Origin: Bdellovibrionales bacterium RIFOXYD12_FULL_39_22
GTDB taxonomy: Bacteria; Bdellovibrionota; Bacteriovoracia; Bacteriovoracales; Bacteriovoracaceae
Direction: 5' to 3'
Assembly (NCBI GenBank): GCA_001770205.1
Contig: MEQL01000042.1
Location: forward strand, 1 to 64,000
Length of the DNA stretch: 64,000 nucleotides
The notes under the pieces were generated by a model. That model saw only the letters and a list, made by a program, of their open reading frames with translations, did not search any database and was not told the origin of the DNA. Positions 49,357 to 60,058 of the stretch are shown one piece after another. Made by a program: the position numbers and the translations under genes. Numbering within the stretch: the stretch's first letter is position 1; each line of letters starts with the position of its first letter.

Positions 49357-51168
49357 TTATTGATGCCCAGAAATTGCTCCGATATCAAAAGAGTCATCCC
49401 GCGAATTATTAAATAAATCTGAATCAACAATTCCAGAGAGGTCAACACCGTTATCTCTGGCCAAAGAAGCAGATAAAAGCGTAAAATCATCCTCCGCAAC
49501 ACTCCTAAAAAGTGGGTTTAATACAATTGCGGAATTTTCCCAATCAGGCAGTGAATGATTACCTCCTAAACTAAACCACAGGTTATTGGAGGCCGCAGAT
49601 GGTGTTTTTATCCTTGCTCCAAAAAAACTGTAATTGTGAGTATCAACTACAATATTATTTTTCCACTCATAACTTCCAGTCAAAATTCGATCAGTGGTTG
49701 GATACCCTACCCCCGGAACGATTAAGGCCCCTTCGTATCCATCATTATCTGCGCCATCCCATCCGTAACCGTAGAAAGTATTGTTATAAATTCTAAAATG
49801 GCCAACAACATCGTCGCCTTGTATGTACACTAATGCCTTAGTATCGCTACTATTACCAAACTTTCCTCCCTCAATAAACAAGTTATTGTAAACATCAAAA
49901 TCGCCAGTAATTAATCGTCCAGCATCACAAATCCATCCACCAACATTAAAACTGGCACCCACCTGATTTTTGACCACATTGTGATGAATTTTAGAGATCC
50001 CATTGTATCCCCAACAATCATGCTCATCATAAAAATGAATACCACCACGTGCCCAATTATCAAGGAGCAAATTCCAACCAATATCTACCGGAGAAATATC
50101 ACGTCCTTTATTTCGCACGCTAAAATAAAAGGTGTGATGTTGATTCGAAGTAGTAATACATCCAAATCCATGAATGTAGTTTCCAAAAATTTGTGCTCCC
50201 TCCTGATCTCCTCCCGCGGAAATGGCCCCCGAGCCACCATCTGCACACCCTGCTCCACCATCCGTATCAGTGACCGCATTACCGATTACTCTTCCGCCTC
50301 TAGTAGGTACAATACCGGAGCCCCCCCCAACTTCAATATCCCACTTGGAAACAACCCAATACTCTGGCCGATCAACAATACTCCAAACTGAGACCCCACC
50401 AGCTCCTGTTTGGGTGGCAATATTTCTAATACGAAGAAAAGTGCCTGGATAACCTATCATCGCAATTGGCGCATTAATCGATCCATCTGTTGCGCGCAAG
50501 GCAACCACTCCGCTTTCCGTTACATCTCGTCCATAGATAATATCTCCCGGCAAAACTCCTTTGGTTGAAGCACCCGAGGGGTAACCAAATCCTAGCCAAG
50601 GATTGCTAAAACTGCCATCTCCTAAGCTATTGTCTCCATTTCCCGAAACATAAAATATTCGGCCAGCGGTAACTGTAAAAGACAAGTGGTTTGATTGCTG
50701 GCCATCGACCACTACGTAAATCTCGCCTGCTCCCATTGAGGCCGAGGGAATAGAAAAAGCAATTTCTTGCATGTGATGAAAGCGTGATAAGTTGGCCGGC
50801 CCACCAGGCAAAGCTCCATCGGCATTTTTCCAATAATAAATATGAGCTGGAAGTTTAACTTCCCCAGAAGAAGTCTTAAAATATATTTTAGAATCTCCCT
50901 GTATGGCCCCTAAATTGTTGCCCCAAATAGTGACAATTGCCCCTACACCAAGTCCATCATTTAATCCCGCAGCTGGCCCACTAACAATATCTGAAAAATT
51001 TAATATCGGCCCATTTGATATATAATTTTCATCCACATATTCGGGGCCATCTTCTGCCTCATGAAAAGATTTCTTCACTTTTATTTCCGCTTTACAACTA
51101 AGTCCAAGGCCCAAAATAAGAAGGGCCAGTAATAAAGTGGCTGCTTGTTTACCTGTAATTTGCCACAT
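49357..51168 (-). CDS. Beta-helix lipoprotein, paralog of 9447-11219
   Basis: Lipobox LGLSC; FSDIVSGP..GAIVTIWG..YYWKNADG.LPGGPA; beta-helix repeats; DIGA C-terminus. Confidence 0.72.
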   Translation of the reverse strand: MWQITGKQAATLLLALLILGLGLSCKAEIKVKKSFHEAEDGPEYVDENYISNGPILNFSDIVSGPAAGLNDGLGVGAIVTIWGNNLGAIQGDSKIYFKTSSGEVKLPAHIYYWKNADGALPGGPANLSRFHHMQEIAFSIPSASMGAGEIYVVVDGQQSNHLSFTVTAGRIFYVSGNGDNSLGDGSFSNPWLGFGYPSGASTKGVLPGDIIYGRDVTESGVVALRATDGSINAPIAMIGYPGTFLRIRNIATQTGAGGVSVWSIVDRPEYWVVSKWDIEVGGGSGIVPTRGGRVIGNAVTDTDGGAGCADGGSGAISAGGDQEGAQIFGNYIHGFGCITTSNQHHTFYFSVRNKGRDISPVDIGWNLLLDNWARGGIHFYDEHDCWGYNGISKIHHNVVKNQVGASFNVGGWICDAGRLITGDFDVYNNLFIEGGKFGNSSDTKALVYIQGDDVVGHFRIYNNTFYGYGWDGADNDGYEGALIVPGVGYPTTDRILTGSYEWKNNIVVDTHNYSFFGARIKTPSAASNNLWFSLGGNHSLPDWENSAIVLNPLFRSVAEDDFTLLSASLARDNGVDLSGIVDSDLFNNSRDDSFDIGAISGHQ

Positions 51169-51185
51169 AATATCCCTCCATCTCC

Positions 51186-53099
51186 TCACTTCAAATCAGA
51201 ACGCACAAATGCCCCAATATCATACTTTCCAACTCTTGAATTATGAAAAAAATCTCGCCCTATCGGAAAGGCCAGCAAATCAGCACCGGCATTAACTACA
51301 GGAGATGATTCTTCTATTTGAAAATCTAAAAAAGAGTAAGGATTGGCCACAATAAATTGAGGCAGCGTATTACCCAGCGTACTACTATCCCATAGCGGCG
51401 CAGCGTTTGCCCCAGCGCCATAGTAGAGATTATTACTAGCGGTAACATTTTCTACAGGGATTGGATCAATTGAAGGGTAATAGGTATAATAATTCCACTG
51501 GTTGGGCACTCCGATGATTATGTTATTTTGTAGATAGAGGTGATCTAAGTCATAACCTACATGTAGTGTTGGATAGTTTACATGACTAGAACCATCAAAC
51601 ACATTGTGATAGACGTAGTATGTTCCTCCGTATTTACCATTTCCTAAACTTCCTCCCATGGCCAAAGCAGCATCCCCCGCATCTCGGCCAATTCTGGTAA
51701 AAATATTATTGTAAATATATGCCCGCTTAACAAAAGAGTAATTAACCGCTCCACCTTCTCCATTTAATATAAGTCCCTGTCTTGCAACATCATGAATATA
51801 ATTATCATGGATATATGCATGATCAAGAGAATCTGTCTCCTTGTGTCCAAACAATTGAATTCCTCGAGAAACTGAATTCCAACCAATTTCATTCCAGCCA
51901 ATATCCAGATAATCAAGCTGGCCATAACCGTTGAAGTATATATTATAAAGTCTCACACCATCAGGATCAGTCGGTGGCTGTCCCCGATAGTCTTGCCCAA
52001 CATCTATGATAGAGCTACCCAGTAATGAAAAATGATCTGAATTTTCTCCACTGACAATATTCATCCCAATGCCCAGGCCCATATACGCACCGTCAGTATT
52101 ATCATGCCAAGGAGTGGTAATGTGCATATTGACGAATCTTAGATGAGAAAAACCTGAATAATATGGCGGAAAAACTTGATCTCTTGCTTCTACTGGCGAA
52201 TGAGCATTAAAAAAGATTTTCGCAAAAGTCCAATAGTTTACATGTCCATAAACCCAAGTAATAATCTTGTGACAAACATTAAGTTCAAGGGCCTCCATTT
52301 CCACCTTTTCTCCAGGATAAGCAACAACTGATATGCTGCGCCCCTCAACTCCCTGTGCATGATTATCGGATGATCTATTGTTGGCGAAGGTAAATAGTCC
52401 ACCCGTCGCAAAGGGATAAAATATCGAATCATTATCATGATCGCTATATTTTACACCTCTCCCCCGAATATAAGCAACATCTCCCGCGATCGCATTTTTT
52501 CTAAACCAAGCAGGGTAGCGCTTGGCCCGAGAGGTGGCAAGGCCATCATTGGCCACCGCGCCTCCAACATTATCGATAAAGTAAATGTGGTTTTGCCCAA
52601 GTAGTCGCGTATGAAAAGGTATTGTGCTACTAACCCCTTCCGATGTTGTAACTGCAATGGTTGTATTTGGGTAACTACCTCCGGTGAGCATGGAGGAGTT
52701 GAGATAGAAAGTAATTCTCCTTATGCCTATTGGTACTACGGGATTTTCGTAAGCTCCCCACTCCGCATAGTCACTCTCATTTTTCAGATCGATGCCTCCC
52801 ACTGTGACATAAGAAGTGCCTCGAACAGATCCAATATTGCGGCAAAAAATTGAAACAGCTGCCCCCTTCGTTGCACTCCCCTCCCAACCCGTAACTGGCG
52901 CATCTGTTAAATCGCTAAAAAGTATACGGGGAAGTCCGGTGATTGCCTCAGCGGTTGCGGTGGCGGTTGGAGTTGCATTCGGTGGCAAGGCCTTCGCTAA
53001 ATCAGTACTCCCGATTTTCGCTTTAGGCAAACAACCAAACATCACGGCCAGTAATATAAATACAAATAAATTTGATCTTCTTAATAGTTGCTTGGACAT
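51186..53099 (-). CDS. Beta-helix lipoprotein, more distant paralog
   Basis: Lipobox MFGC; A/T linker; FSDLTDAP..GAAVSI; DIGWNEI, IHDNYIHD, YNNIF; YDIGAF. Confidence 0.72.
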   Translation of the reverse strand: MSKQLLRRSNLFVFILLAVMFGCLPKAKIGSTDLAKALPPNATPTATATAEAITGLPRILFSDLTDAPVTGWEGSATKGAAVSIFCRNIGSVRGTSYVTVGGIDLKNESDYAEWGAYENPVVPIGIRRITFYLNSSMLTGGSYPNTTIAVTTSEGVSSTIPFHTRLLGQNHIYFIDNVGGAVANDGLATSRAKRYPAWFRKNAIAGDVAYIRGRGVKYSDHDNDSIFYPFATGGLFTFANNRSSDNHAQGVEGRSISVVAYPGEKVEMEALELNVCHKIITWVYGHVNYWTFAKIFFNAHSPVEARDQVFPPYYSGFSHLRFVNMHITTPWHDNTDGAYMGLGIGMNIVSGENSDHFSLLGSSIIDVGQDYRGQPPTDPDGVRLYNIYFNGYGQLDYLDIGWNEIGWNSVSRGIQLFGHKETDSLDHAYIHDNYIHDVARQGLILNGEGGAVNYSFVKRAYIYNNIFTRIGRDAGDAALAMGGSLGNGKYGGTYYVYHNVFDGSSHVNYPTLHVGYDLDHLYLQNNIIIGVPNQWNYYTYYPSIDPIPVENVTASNNLYYGAGANAAPLWDSSTLGNTLPQFIVANPYSFLDFQIEESSPVVNAGADLLAFPIGRDFFHNSRVGKYDIGAFVRSDLK

Positions 53100-53391
53100 T
53101 TAATGCCTCCTATCAAGAATGAATGATTACAGACTTAAGTAGTATAACACTCTCCAATATTACAAATGATGCACTCTTTTTTGAATATATTATTTCTTAT
53201 GAACATCAATTGGTTAGAGGGAAAAAACACTCTCCCGAGGACACAAGATCTTGCGTAAATTTCAAGAATATCGACCACATTTGTGGGCATACCGATATTC
53301 GTTTAACTTTTTGTGTCCAAATTTTAGACAGTAAAAAATATCTTTACGTAATAATTGCAAGCGCCTTTTTTTTATTTTATTTTTTGGCATC

Positions 53392-54564
53392 ATGGAAGAT
53401 ATGAAGACTATCTTAATTTTCTCCCTAATTTTACACTTTTTAGCATTATCTCCGGTATCCGCAGAAGAGGAGCAACTCTCTGCTCGCGAGTTTATGACGC
53501 AAGAGTATAGGAACTTGGTAGATATCCAAGAACAGATAAAATATGTCCGCTCTCGACAATCAGTTGGGCCAATTGGCATTGTTATATCTGCTAGTGTGGT
53601 TGGCGCCGTTGTTTTTCTTACCCTATCCGACATATCTGTCAACTCGGGGGCCAAACTTTTTAAATTCAAATTTACCAAAGGTGTTGCCACCAGCTCCCTA
53701 GTTTATTTTGGCGGGAAAAAACTAAGCAAAGATAGCATAGTCGCCTACGTAGAATCTAAAAATCTTGATGAACTTGATCGCCAGATCAATCGTCTAAAAC
53801 AAGAAATAGAACAAACGCTAAAAACAGTGCCCAGATATACCCGGCGAGACAGCATCGCCTTAACAGATATTCGACTACTCCCCTCCTATCAAGAGGTCTA
53901 TAACGCTTGTAACGCCGATCCTCTCGGTTTTAAACTGGATACGCTGCAAAAGGCCTATCTTGGAAGCATTATGGATACACTCAAAGTAAGTACCCTCGCT
54001 CCCAAGTCCATTTTTACCATGACACAACAACAAGGCATCTCTACCTTTGTTCACCGATTTATCTATAGTGAAACGGCCACCCTGGCACTAGTTGACTGCC
54101 TTTCTGATGAACAAGAACGTAGCTTATTTATGGCCAATATTTTACTGGCCGATACCGCAGGAAAAATGGTTGGCCTATCAGTGGCCGGTCTGTCCGGGAA
54201 GCTAATGTCTGGCCTAACTGGCAAGGCATTAAAGTTTGCCCTCAAATATACTAAACATCTTTTTACCTGGGTAACCCCTGCTCTTAGTAAAAAACTTACC
54301 TATGCGGCCATGGCAATTTTCAGTGCCTCCTATTTAAATCAAGTAAGAGAACTTTTAAAAGAATATCAACTCCAGTCGAACGACCACGATATTTCGCTAG
54401 AAAAAGATCTGGAGCAAAAAATCCTGGAGATGGCCAATGCCAACATCGAAAATCTCAAAGAGGTCATTGCCGATCCGGAGATTTCAGCAGAAGAGCAAGA
54501 AAAATTTATGGGAAATCTAATGGAATGGAACGCCATCTTGCAAAATTTTCAATTTACCAGATAG
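53392..54564 (+). CDS. Exported hypothetical protein with hydrophobic segments
   Basis: 390 aa; signal peptide; coiled-coil and Gly/Ala-rich hydrophobic stretches. Confidence 0.65.
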   Translation: MEDMKTILIFSLILHFLALSPVSAEEEQLSAREFMTQEYRNLVDIQEQIKYVRSRQSVGPIGIVISASVVGAVVFLTLSDISVNSGAKLFKFKFTKGVATSSLVYFGGKKLSKDSIVAYVESKNLDELDRQINRLKQEIEQTLKTVPRYTRRDSIALTDIRLLPSYQEVYNACNADPLGFKLDTLQKAYLGSIMDTLKVSTLAPKSIFTMTQQQGISTFVHRFIYSETATLALVDCLSDEQERSLFMANILLADTAGKMVGLSVAGLSGKLMSGLTGKALKFALKYTKHLFTWVTPALSKKLTYAAMAIFSASYLNQVRELLKEYQLQSNDHDISLEKDLEQKILEMANANIENLKEVIADPEISAEEQEKFMGNLMEWNAILQNFQFTR

Positions 54565-55142
54565 TTTTTAAAAAATTCCTCTTTAAAATGGTTAAAGCCG
54601 ATTTTACAATTTTGTTGCCACTCTTCCAAACCGCCATCATCACTAACCCACTTATAGGAAACAAAATCCACTTTTAAATCCTGACAAACCTTAGCGATTG
54701 CATACAACTCCATCTCAAAAATATCACAAGAAGAGAGCAACGCTCTTTTAGCTGGTGAAAACGACTCGACTTTCTCTTGAGAAGTAAAGGTCTCGGTCGT
54801 AAAGCAACGAACCCCTTTTGTCCCTTTACACTGTAGTGCCAATCTCCCTCCATTTTTATCAAAGGGAGTAACGGTGTAAGGAACTAAGGGCGTGGCATCC
54901 ATATCAGCATTAACCACCTCAGATACTGCTAGCATGGCGCCCTTGGGTAACATAAAGCTACCACAGCTACCAAAATTACAGACGAGTGTCGGGCCATATT
55001 CTTTGATGGCCAAAGCTGTTTTATAGGCGGCATTTATCTTACCAACCCCCACATGAACGATTGGATATCCCCAAAGCATAGTCTCTCGATTACTCTCTTC
55101 AGGTACCGCACAAATAAAAACTATCTTTCCTTTTTCTGACAT
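54549..55142 (-). CDS. Nucleoside phosphorylase / MTA-SAH nucleosidase family protein
   Basis: GVGKINAA, NFGSCG, FEMELYAIA, KWVSD. Confidence 0.8.
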   Translation of the reverse strand: MSEKGKIVFICAVPEESNRETMLWGYPIVHVGVGKINAAYKTALAIKEYGPTLVCNFGSCGSFMLPKGAMLAVSEVVNADMDATPLVPYTVTPFDKNGGRLALQCKGTKGVRCFTTETFTSQEKVESFSPAKRALLSSCDIFEMELYAIAKVCQDLKVDFVSYKWVSDDGGLEEWQQNCKIGFNHFKEEFFKNYLVN

Positions 55143-55263
55143 TCCCCCTCCAGTGCTTAAAGATTAACTACGCGACAGTAATTATTACACACCCACGCCT
55201 CACCTTTTAAAATCATGGCATAATAACAGTGATATGTAACCAGGTAAACTAGTTGGATACGAT

Positions 55264-56061
55264 ATGAAAATTGACTCTTTTTTGATCTTACTACTGATAC
55301 TACCGCTGGCCTTGATTTCAATTCCGGCCAGTGCCCAAGGCCAGCATAACATTTATCCACTGTCTGCCAAGTTACAGGCCAAACTCCATGGCCATTACGA
55401 TGACGTTCGCCCCTATGTGCTACACCTTAAAAATGGCCCCAATCTTGTCTGTCCTTCTATGAATATTGCTCAAGTCGATGATAAATTTGATGACATCGAT
55501 ACTCTAATTAGTGGCCTCAGCCTATCTCCCGAATGTATCTGGAAAACCATTAGCAATAATGCTAAAAGATTGGCCAAAAATTTAGCGGCCATTCACGGCT
55601 TCGCGTTTGGTGCCGTTCTTGAGGCCAGTATGGCGGTAGGAGCACAGTTTGGCCCAGAACTAGTAATAATGCCCTTTGATGACACTCATCTTTTGGTGGG
55701 AATGGTGCGATTCCAGGGCGGAGATCTCTCTATCGGCCTAAGTGGAGCAGGCTTCACCCAAGCAGTCATTCATGGTGAATGCGCTAATTCCATTTGGAGT
55801 TATTTGGGATGGTTTAAAAGCTTCTCTTCTTTGGCCATTACTAGAAGCATAGGCGTTAACTTTCCCCTCATTGATGAAAACCGCTCCTACTGTGATGCTC
55901 TGGCCTCTACTCGCGGAATGAACTCTTCGGTAATCGGCATTAGCTATACTCACTACGAACAACTCGGAAAATTTCTTTTGGTCAGCGGCCCTCGCACTCG
56001 CTCTATGATTGATTTTATAAAAAAGCTCAACACTTCCGATAATACTTCACTCAAACAATAA
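55264..56061 (+). CDS. Exported hypothetical protein
   Basis: 265 aa; signal peptide ending ASA-Q; four Cys. Confidence 0.6.
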   Translation: MKIDSFLILLLILPLALISIPASAQGQHNIYPLSAKLQAKLHGHYDDVRPYVLHLKNGPNLVCPSMNIAQVDDKFDDIDTLISGLSLSPECIWKTISNNAKRLAKNLAAIHGFAFGAVLEASMAVGAQFGPELVIMPFDDTHLLVGMVRFQGGDLSIGLSGAGFTQAVIHGECANSIWSYLGWFKSFSSLAITRSIGVNFPLIDENRSYCDALASTRGMNSSVIGISYTHYEQLGKFLLVSGPRTRSMIDFIKKLNTSDNTSLKQ

Positions 56062-56147
56062 AATCTTTCCACCGATGGTTAAATTAATAGTTGGCACACA
56101 ACCATCAGAAGTGATAACTTTTGTTATTACTCACTGGAGGTTTTTTG

Positions 56148-58241
56148 ATGAAGTTGCTACCTTTGGCAATAGTGGCCATTTTTTTTATTTTGTTTGGATT
56201 CTCTTGGGCGGAGGAAGGGCCTTCAACAACAACTATTACTACACTCAAAGAACTGCTCACTGATGCGAAACAAGAAATTGATTCTGACAACATTGAAAAT
56301 CGCATAAAACGAGAGTTAATGGAACTCGATTATGAACAAGACCTTAAAGTTTTTGATTTGGAAATCATTGATGGTATTAAAACCTCAATAGAATACAGTT
56401 ACGCACTAGAACCCTCCTACGTTGACGGTTACTATACTCGCGCTGATAAATACAAATTAACAAACCAAATTTCTCCTGGTGCATGGTTTGAACAGGACAC
56501 AGAAAAATTTCCAGTTTATCTGAATCTGGCAAAAGGTGACGAGTTAATCTTTGTGCGACAATTTAAGCAGCAAAAAAAGGCCATCCTGGCGCTTCCTATG
56601 CATCCTGGCCAATTCCCCTGGAACTCTGAACGCGCCATAAAACTAGATCCCGGCACTTTCGTATCAATTCCGACAAACCTCAATCTTACCATTGGGGCCA
56701 ATGCTACCTTTGAAGATGGGGCCATCTCCGGCCGCGCGGGAATTTATTATTTAATTGGAGGATCATTTGACATCAACGTCTTCATAAAAAAAGATAACCG
56801 TGTCCGAATAAAACTCATTCCTCTGCGCAGGAAGGCCATCGGGGCAAATGCTCGTCTTCGTACTAATTTTGATTATGAGGTATTCAAAATAGGCAGTGGT
56901 AAGGACTTTGTAAGCGAGGAAATTAATGAGCTAACAGACAGATCCATCAAAAAATTAACTAATGGAGAAATTCTAGCTCTGGGAATTTCTTCCGAAAAGG
57001 GAAACCTTTTCATGTTTGACTATGAATTAAATCTTAACGATGAAACCGCTCGAAAAATATATGATCATATTTTGGGAAGCACGCTAAAGTTTTCTCGCAT
57101 CAGAGTTAACGACCTCCAATTAAAACCTCTCTCCACGGCCTTAATTTCCGATCTCACTTTGGCCGATGCCATTCACGACGAAGATAAAGAGCTCCCCAAT
57201 GACAGCATGAAGCGAGTAATACGCCACTTTAAAGGGGAAAATAAATATACCCAAATCAATGCAAATATTAAGGTGGGATTTAGATTAATTGATCTTCGTG
57301 CTTCGCACACTATCTCTAAAAGCTATATAACCTATTTTAACAAAGACAATGTTCCCGAATACTACTATTTTGTTAATGACACTACTCAAACTCGCAACAG
57401 CTTCTTTTTCCGCCTACTAAAAGATACCTCCGTCACTCACAACTCTTTCATGCTAATGAGGGCAGATAGTGCTGGTAATGTTTTACCAAATGCTTTTTCT
57501 GACTACGGAATGATTCACGAATTTAGTGATAAATATTTCCGGCGCGATGAACAAAATACCGTAAAGGGATTACTAGAAATAAACAATCCTGTGATGTATG
57601 AAATGGTAGATTGGAAACATCTTATGCCGACCGATGAAACCCAAGAAAAATCTCGGATCTATTTTTTAATGAATATTGGCAAAACGGCCTTCGATAAAAT
57701 ACGCAACATGCCAATAGATAAAATCCGTGCCACCGTGGAACTAAAGGTTATTGAACTGGCCAGACAATTTCCCAGCTACTCTATCTGCTCCAAAAACGAT
57801 TCCTACCAAAACGGCCGTGATCAAGACCAATTTGACATAGCTTTACAAACTGATGATGAAATATTGAATTGCTACTATTACGAAATTGAAAAAATTGTTA
57901 AATTTTTGTCTTCCGGTTTTGATGACCGCTTGGAGAATAAACTCTCCCTAGAAAAGAGAGTTTATAAATTTTTCGACTTGCAAAAAAGCTATCTTTTTAA
58001 ACGAATTGGCCCGGGAATTATCAACGAACTTCTGGACAAAGAGACCACTAATCTAGAAACGGTTTCAGAATTCAGATGGTCTTCCAAAAGAGTAAATAGC
58101 AAAACTTATCGTTTGGGAGATAATCCTCATTCGGAATTACTAGAATCCCTACAATACACGATGCTGTTTTTAAATAACCGCTCCTTTGATCTACGCCTAG
58201 TTGGTTATGAATTTGAAAAAAATTTAATGCCGCCGAAATAG
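56148..58241 (+). CDS. Large exported hypothetical protein
   Basis: About 697 aa; signal peptide; ATG 56148 after GGAGG. Confidence 0.75.
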   Translation: MKLLPLAIVAIFFILFGFSWAEEGPSTTTITTLKELLTDAKQEIDSDNIENRIKRELMELDYEQDLKVFDLEIIDGIKTSIEYSYALEPSYVDGYYTRADKYKLTNQISPGAWFEQDTEKFPVYLNLAKGDELIFVRQFKQQKKAILALPMHPGQFPWNSERAIKLDPGTFVSIPTNLNLTIGANATFEDGAISGRAGIYYLIGGSFDINVFIKKDNRVRIKLIPLRRKAIGANARLRTNFDYEVFKIGSGKDFVSEEINELTDRSIKKLTNGEILALGISSEKGNLFMFDYELNLNDETARKIYDHILGSTLKFSRIRVNDLQLKPLSTALISDLTLADAIHDEDKELPNDSMKRVIRHFKGENKYTQINANIKVGFRLIDLRASHTISKSYITYFNKDNVPEYYYFVNDTTQTRNSFFFRLLKDTSVTHNSFMLMRADSAGNVLPNAFSDYGMIHEFSDKYFRRDEQNTVKGLLEINNPVMYEMVDWKHLMPTDETQEKSRIYFLMNIGKTAFDKIRNMPIDKIRATVELKVIELARQFPSYSICSKNDSYQNGRDQDQFDIALQTDDEILNCYYYEIEKIVKFLSSGFDDRLENKLSLEKRVYKFFDLQKSYLFKRIGPGIINELLDKETTNLETVSEFRWSSKRVNSKTYRLGDNPHSELLESLQYTMLFLNNRSFDLRLVGYEFEKNLMPPK

Positions 58242-58244
58242 CAG

Positions 58245-59060
58245 TTAGAAAAGCTTTAAGCTAGGAAAGCCCATAAAGGTTAGTTGAAAGACGGCCAAAA
58301 AATCACTTCCTGTTTGAGTCGAACGAAATTGGCCGGCCCCCACCACATAACTCCAACGCTCTTTACTCTGCTTAAAAAATAAAAATTGCGAAAGCGCACT
58401 GCCATTTAAAATTCTATTTTTCACATCCCGATGAACCACTCCGAGCGTAAACGCAGAGAAGGAACGGCCAGCGGTAATTTCCCAAATATCTTGATATTCC
58501 CCATGAATATCGCACAAAAGGACATTAGCATAATCACTAAATGGTCGCCCTTTTTTATCATAATCAGAAAAAGAGAGCTTCTCCATTGAATACTCTCCCA
58601 AAAGAAAAAATCCCCAAAGGGCCAATCCACTTTTGGCCCTTATAAATTCTCGCCCAATGAACCCTCGGCAATTTATTTCCTGACAATCAAAATAGTTAAA
58701 ATCAGTACTGACCAATGTCTTGCCATATCCTGCACTTAAATTAATCAGCGAAATAGGTAAAAACTCAGTTACTACTTGCAATCCATTTATTAGCGCACTA
58801 CTAGAAAATTTTACACTCGGCCGCCAAATGCCATACATTATTTCCTTATTATTATTCTTATCCTTGGCGTTTGCCGAAAATGTTTCTCCCCATAGCAAAA
58901 AATTATATCCCAATTCGGTACTGATATCGGCCCCTAAGGAAGGAGCACTTCGCACGGAACTTTCCACCAAATAGTCCATCTGCCCAAATAACTGGCCAGA
59001 TACCACAACCACCAATATCAAATATAGATTTTTAAAATTATTTGACTGTGATAGTAGCAC
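58245..59060 (-). CDS. Probable outer-membrane beta-barrel protein
   Basis: Signal peptide, alternating beta strands, terminal Phe. Confidence 0.55.
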   Translation of the reverse strand: MLLSQSNNFKNLYLILVVVVSGQLFGQMDYLVESSVRSAPSLGADISTELGYNFLLWGETFSANAKDKNNNKEIMYGIWRPSVKFSSSALINGLQVVTEFLPISLINLSAGYGKTLVSTDFNYFDCQEINCRGFIGREFIRAKSGLALWGFFLLGEYSMEKLSFSDYDKKGRPFSDYANVLLCDIHGEYQDIWEITAGRSFSAFTLGVVHRDVKNRILNGSALSQFLFFKQSKERWSYVVGAGQFRSTQTGSDFLAVFQLTFMGFPSLKLF

Positions 59061-59638
59061 TAGCGCCGCCCGCTGCTACTACTGCTACTGCCGAAACGAT
59101 ATTTCAATCCAATTTCCATATTAAAAAAAGAAATGGGAGCATTTACTTTATAAGAACCAATATCGCCATAAATATCAAAACCACGCCAAATAGGAATATT
59201 GAGTCCAAAACCAAAAGAGTATCCCCAAAAAGTTCCATCTATCTGCGAATCATCGATTATACCATCTCTATTGTAGATGGCCTTAATCGTGTGGTTAGTA
59301 TATCCCAACGAAAAATTAACAATTGGCGTATAGTTATAGCGCAAATTTAGCCCGTAAGCGTTATCATCCATAGTAATATCGTAAACATCCCCGGCCGCAT
59401 TTTCTCGATCATTGTTTATGAAAGTATAACCCTTATAAAAGGCCTCCAGCGCAAAAGATCCTCTCTGTGCCCCCACCATAAAACCCACATCGTCTGCCGC
59501 TCCTCCGTTATCTATTTCACTCCCAGACATAATGTAAGCATAGTTTTGCTGCACTGCCAAATAAGGCACAAACCACGCCGCCAAAACAGAAGACGAACTG
59601 AAAAACAAAAAAATGGCACCCAAAAATAATGGCCTCAT
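59060..59638 (-). CDS. Small outer-membrane beta-barrel (OmpA/OmpW-like 8-strand)
   Basis: Signal peptide; YGLNLRY, FSLGY, GFGLNI, EIGLKYRF, followed by a Ser-rich tail. Confidence 0.7.
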   Translation of the reverse strand: MRPLFLGAIFLFFSSSSVLAAWFVPYLAVQQNYAYIMSGSEIDNGGAADDVGFMVGAQRGSFALEAFYKGYTFINNDRENAAGDVYDITMDDNAYGLNLRYNYTPIVNFSLGYTNHTIKAIYNRDGIIDDSQIDGTFWGYSFGFGLNIPIWRGFDIYGDIGSYKVNAPISFFNMEIGLKYRFGSSSSSSGRR

Positions 59639-60025
59639 TTAGTTTTCCTCCTTAATGTCGACTCTATTCGGAAGTGCCGGCCCACTACTAGATCCCCCCT
59701 CTCCGTTACCACTAGAGGAACTTATCTCTGAATCATCATCTTGCTGTCGGCCACCGAAACATGTGATACTTCCGGCAGAGATATCCCAATTTTCCACGTT
59801 AAATACAATCTCTCGTACTCCCGGGAGCGAAGTCAAATCATGCCAAAGATACTCTATCTCTTTGGCCACGAAATCCTTCCCTGCCCCTTTTTGCAAAATT
59901 CCGGTAAAGTGTACACTTCGAGTTGAACTAGAATATTGTAATTGCGAAAGATCAACATTATGTCGCTGCAAAGTAGTTCGCACCATTTTGTTAACCTCTA
60001 ACCGCGAATACTCTTTTTTTATCAT
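59639..60025 (-). CDS. Hypothetical protein
   Basis: 128 aa, abuts downstream gene, same strand as htpX. Confidence 0.6.
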   Translation of the reverse strand: MIKKEYSRLEVNKMVRTTLQRHNVDLSQLQYSSSTRSVHFTGILQKGAGKDFVAKEIEYLWHDLTSLPGVREIVFNVENWDISAGSITCFGGRQQDDDSEISSSSGNGEGGSSSGPALPNRVDIKEEN

Positions 60026-60058
60026 AAAAATTTTCCAAACTTTTTAGCTACTTTAGTT

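Noticed and set aside
53123..53404. 93-aa plus-strand ORF in the intergenic region
   Set aside because: No RBS or motif, overlaps the next gene start; more plausibly non-coding
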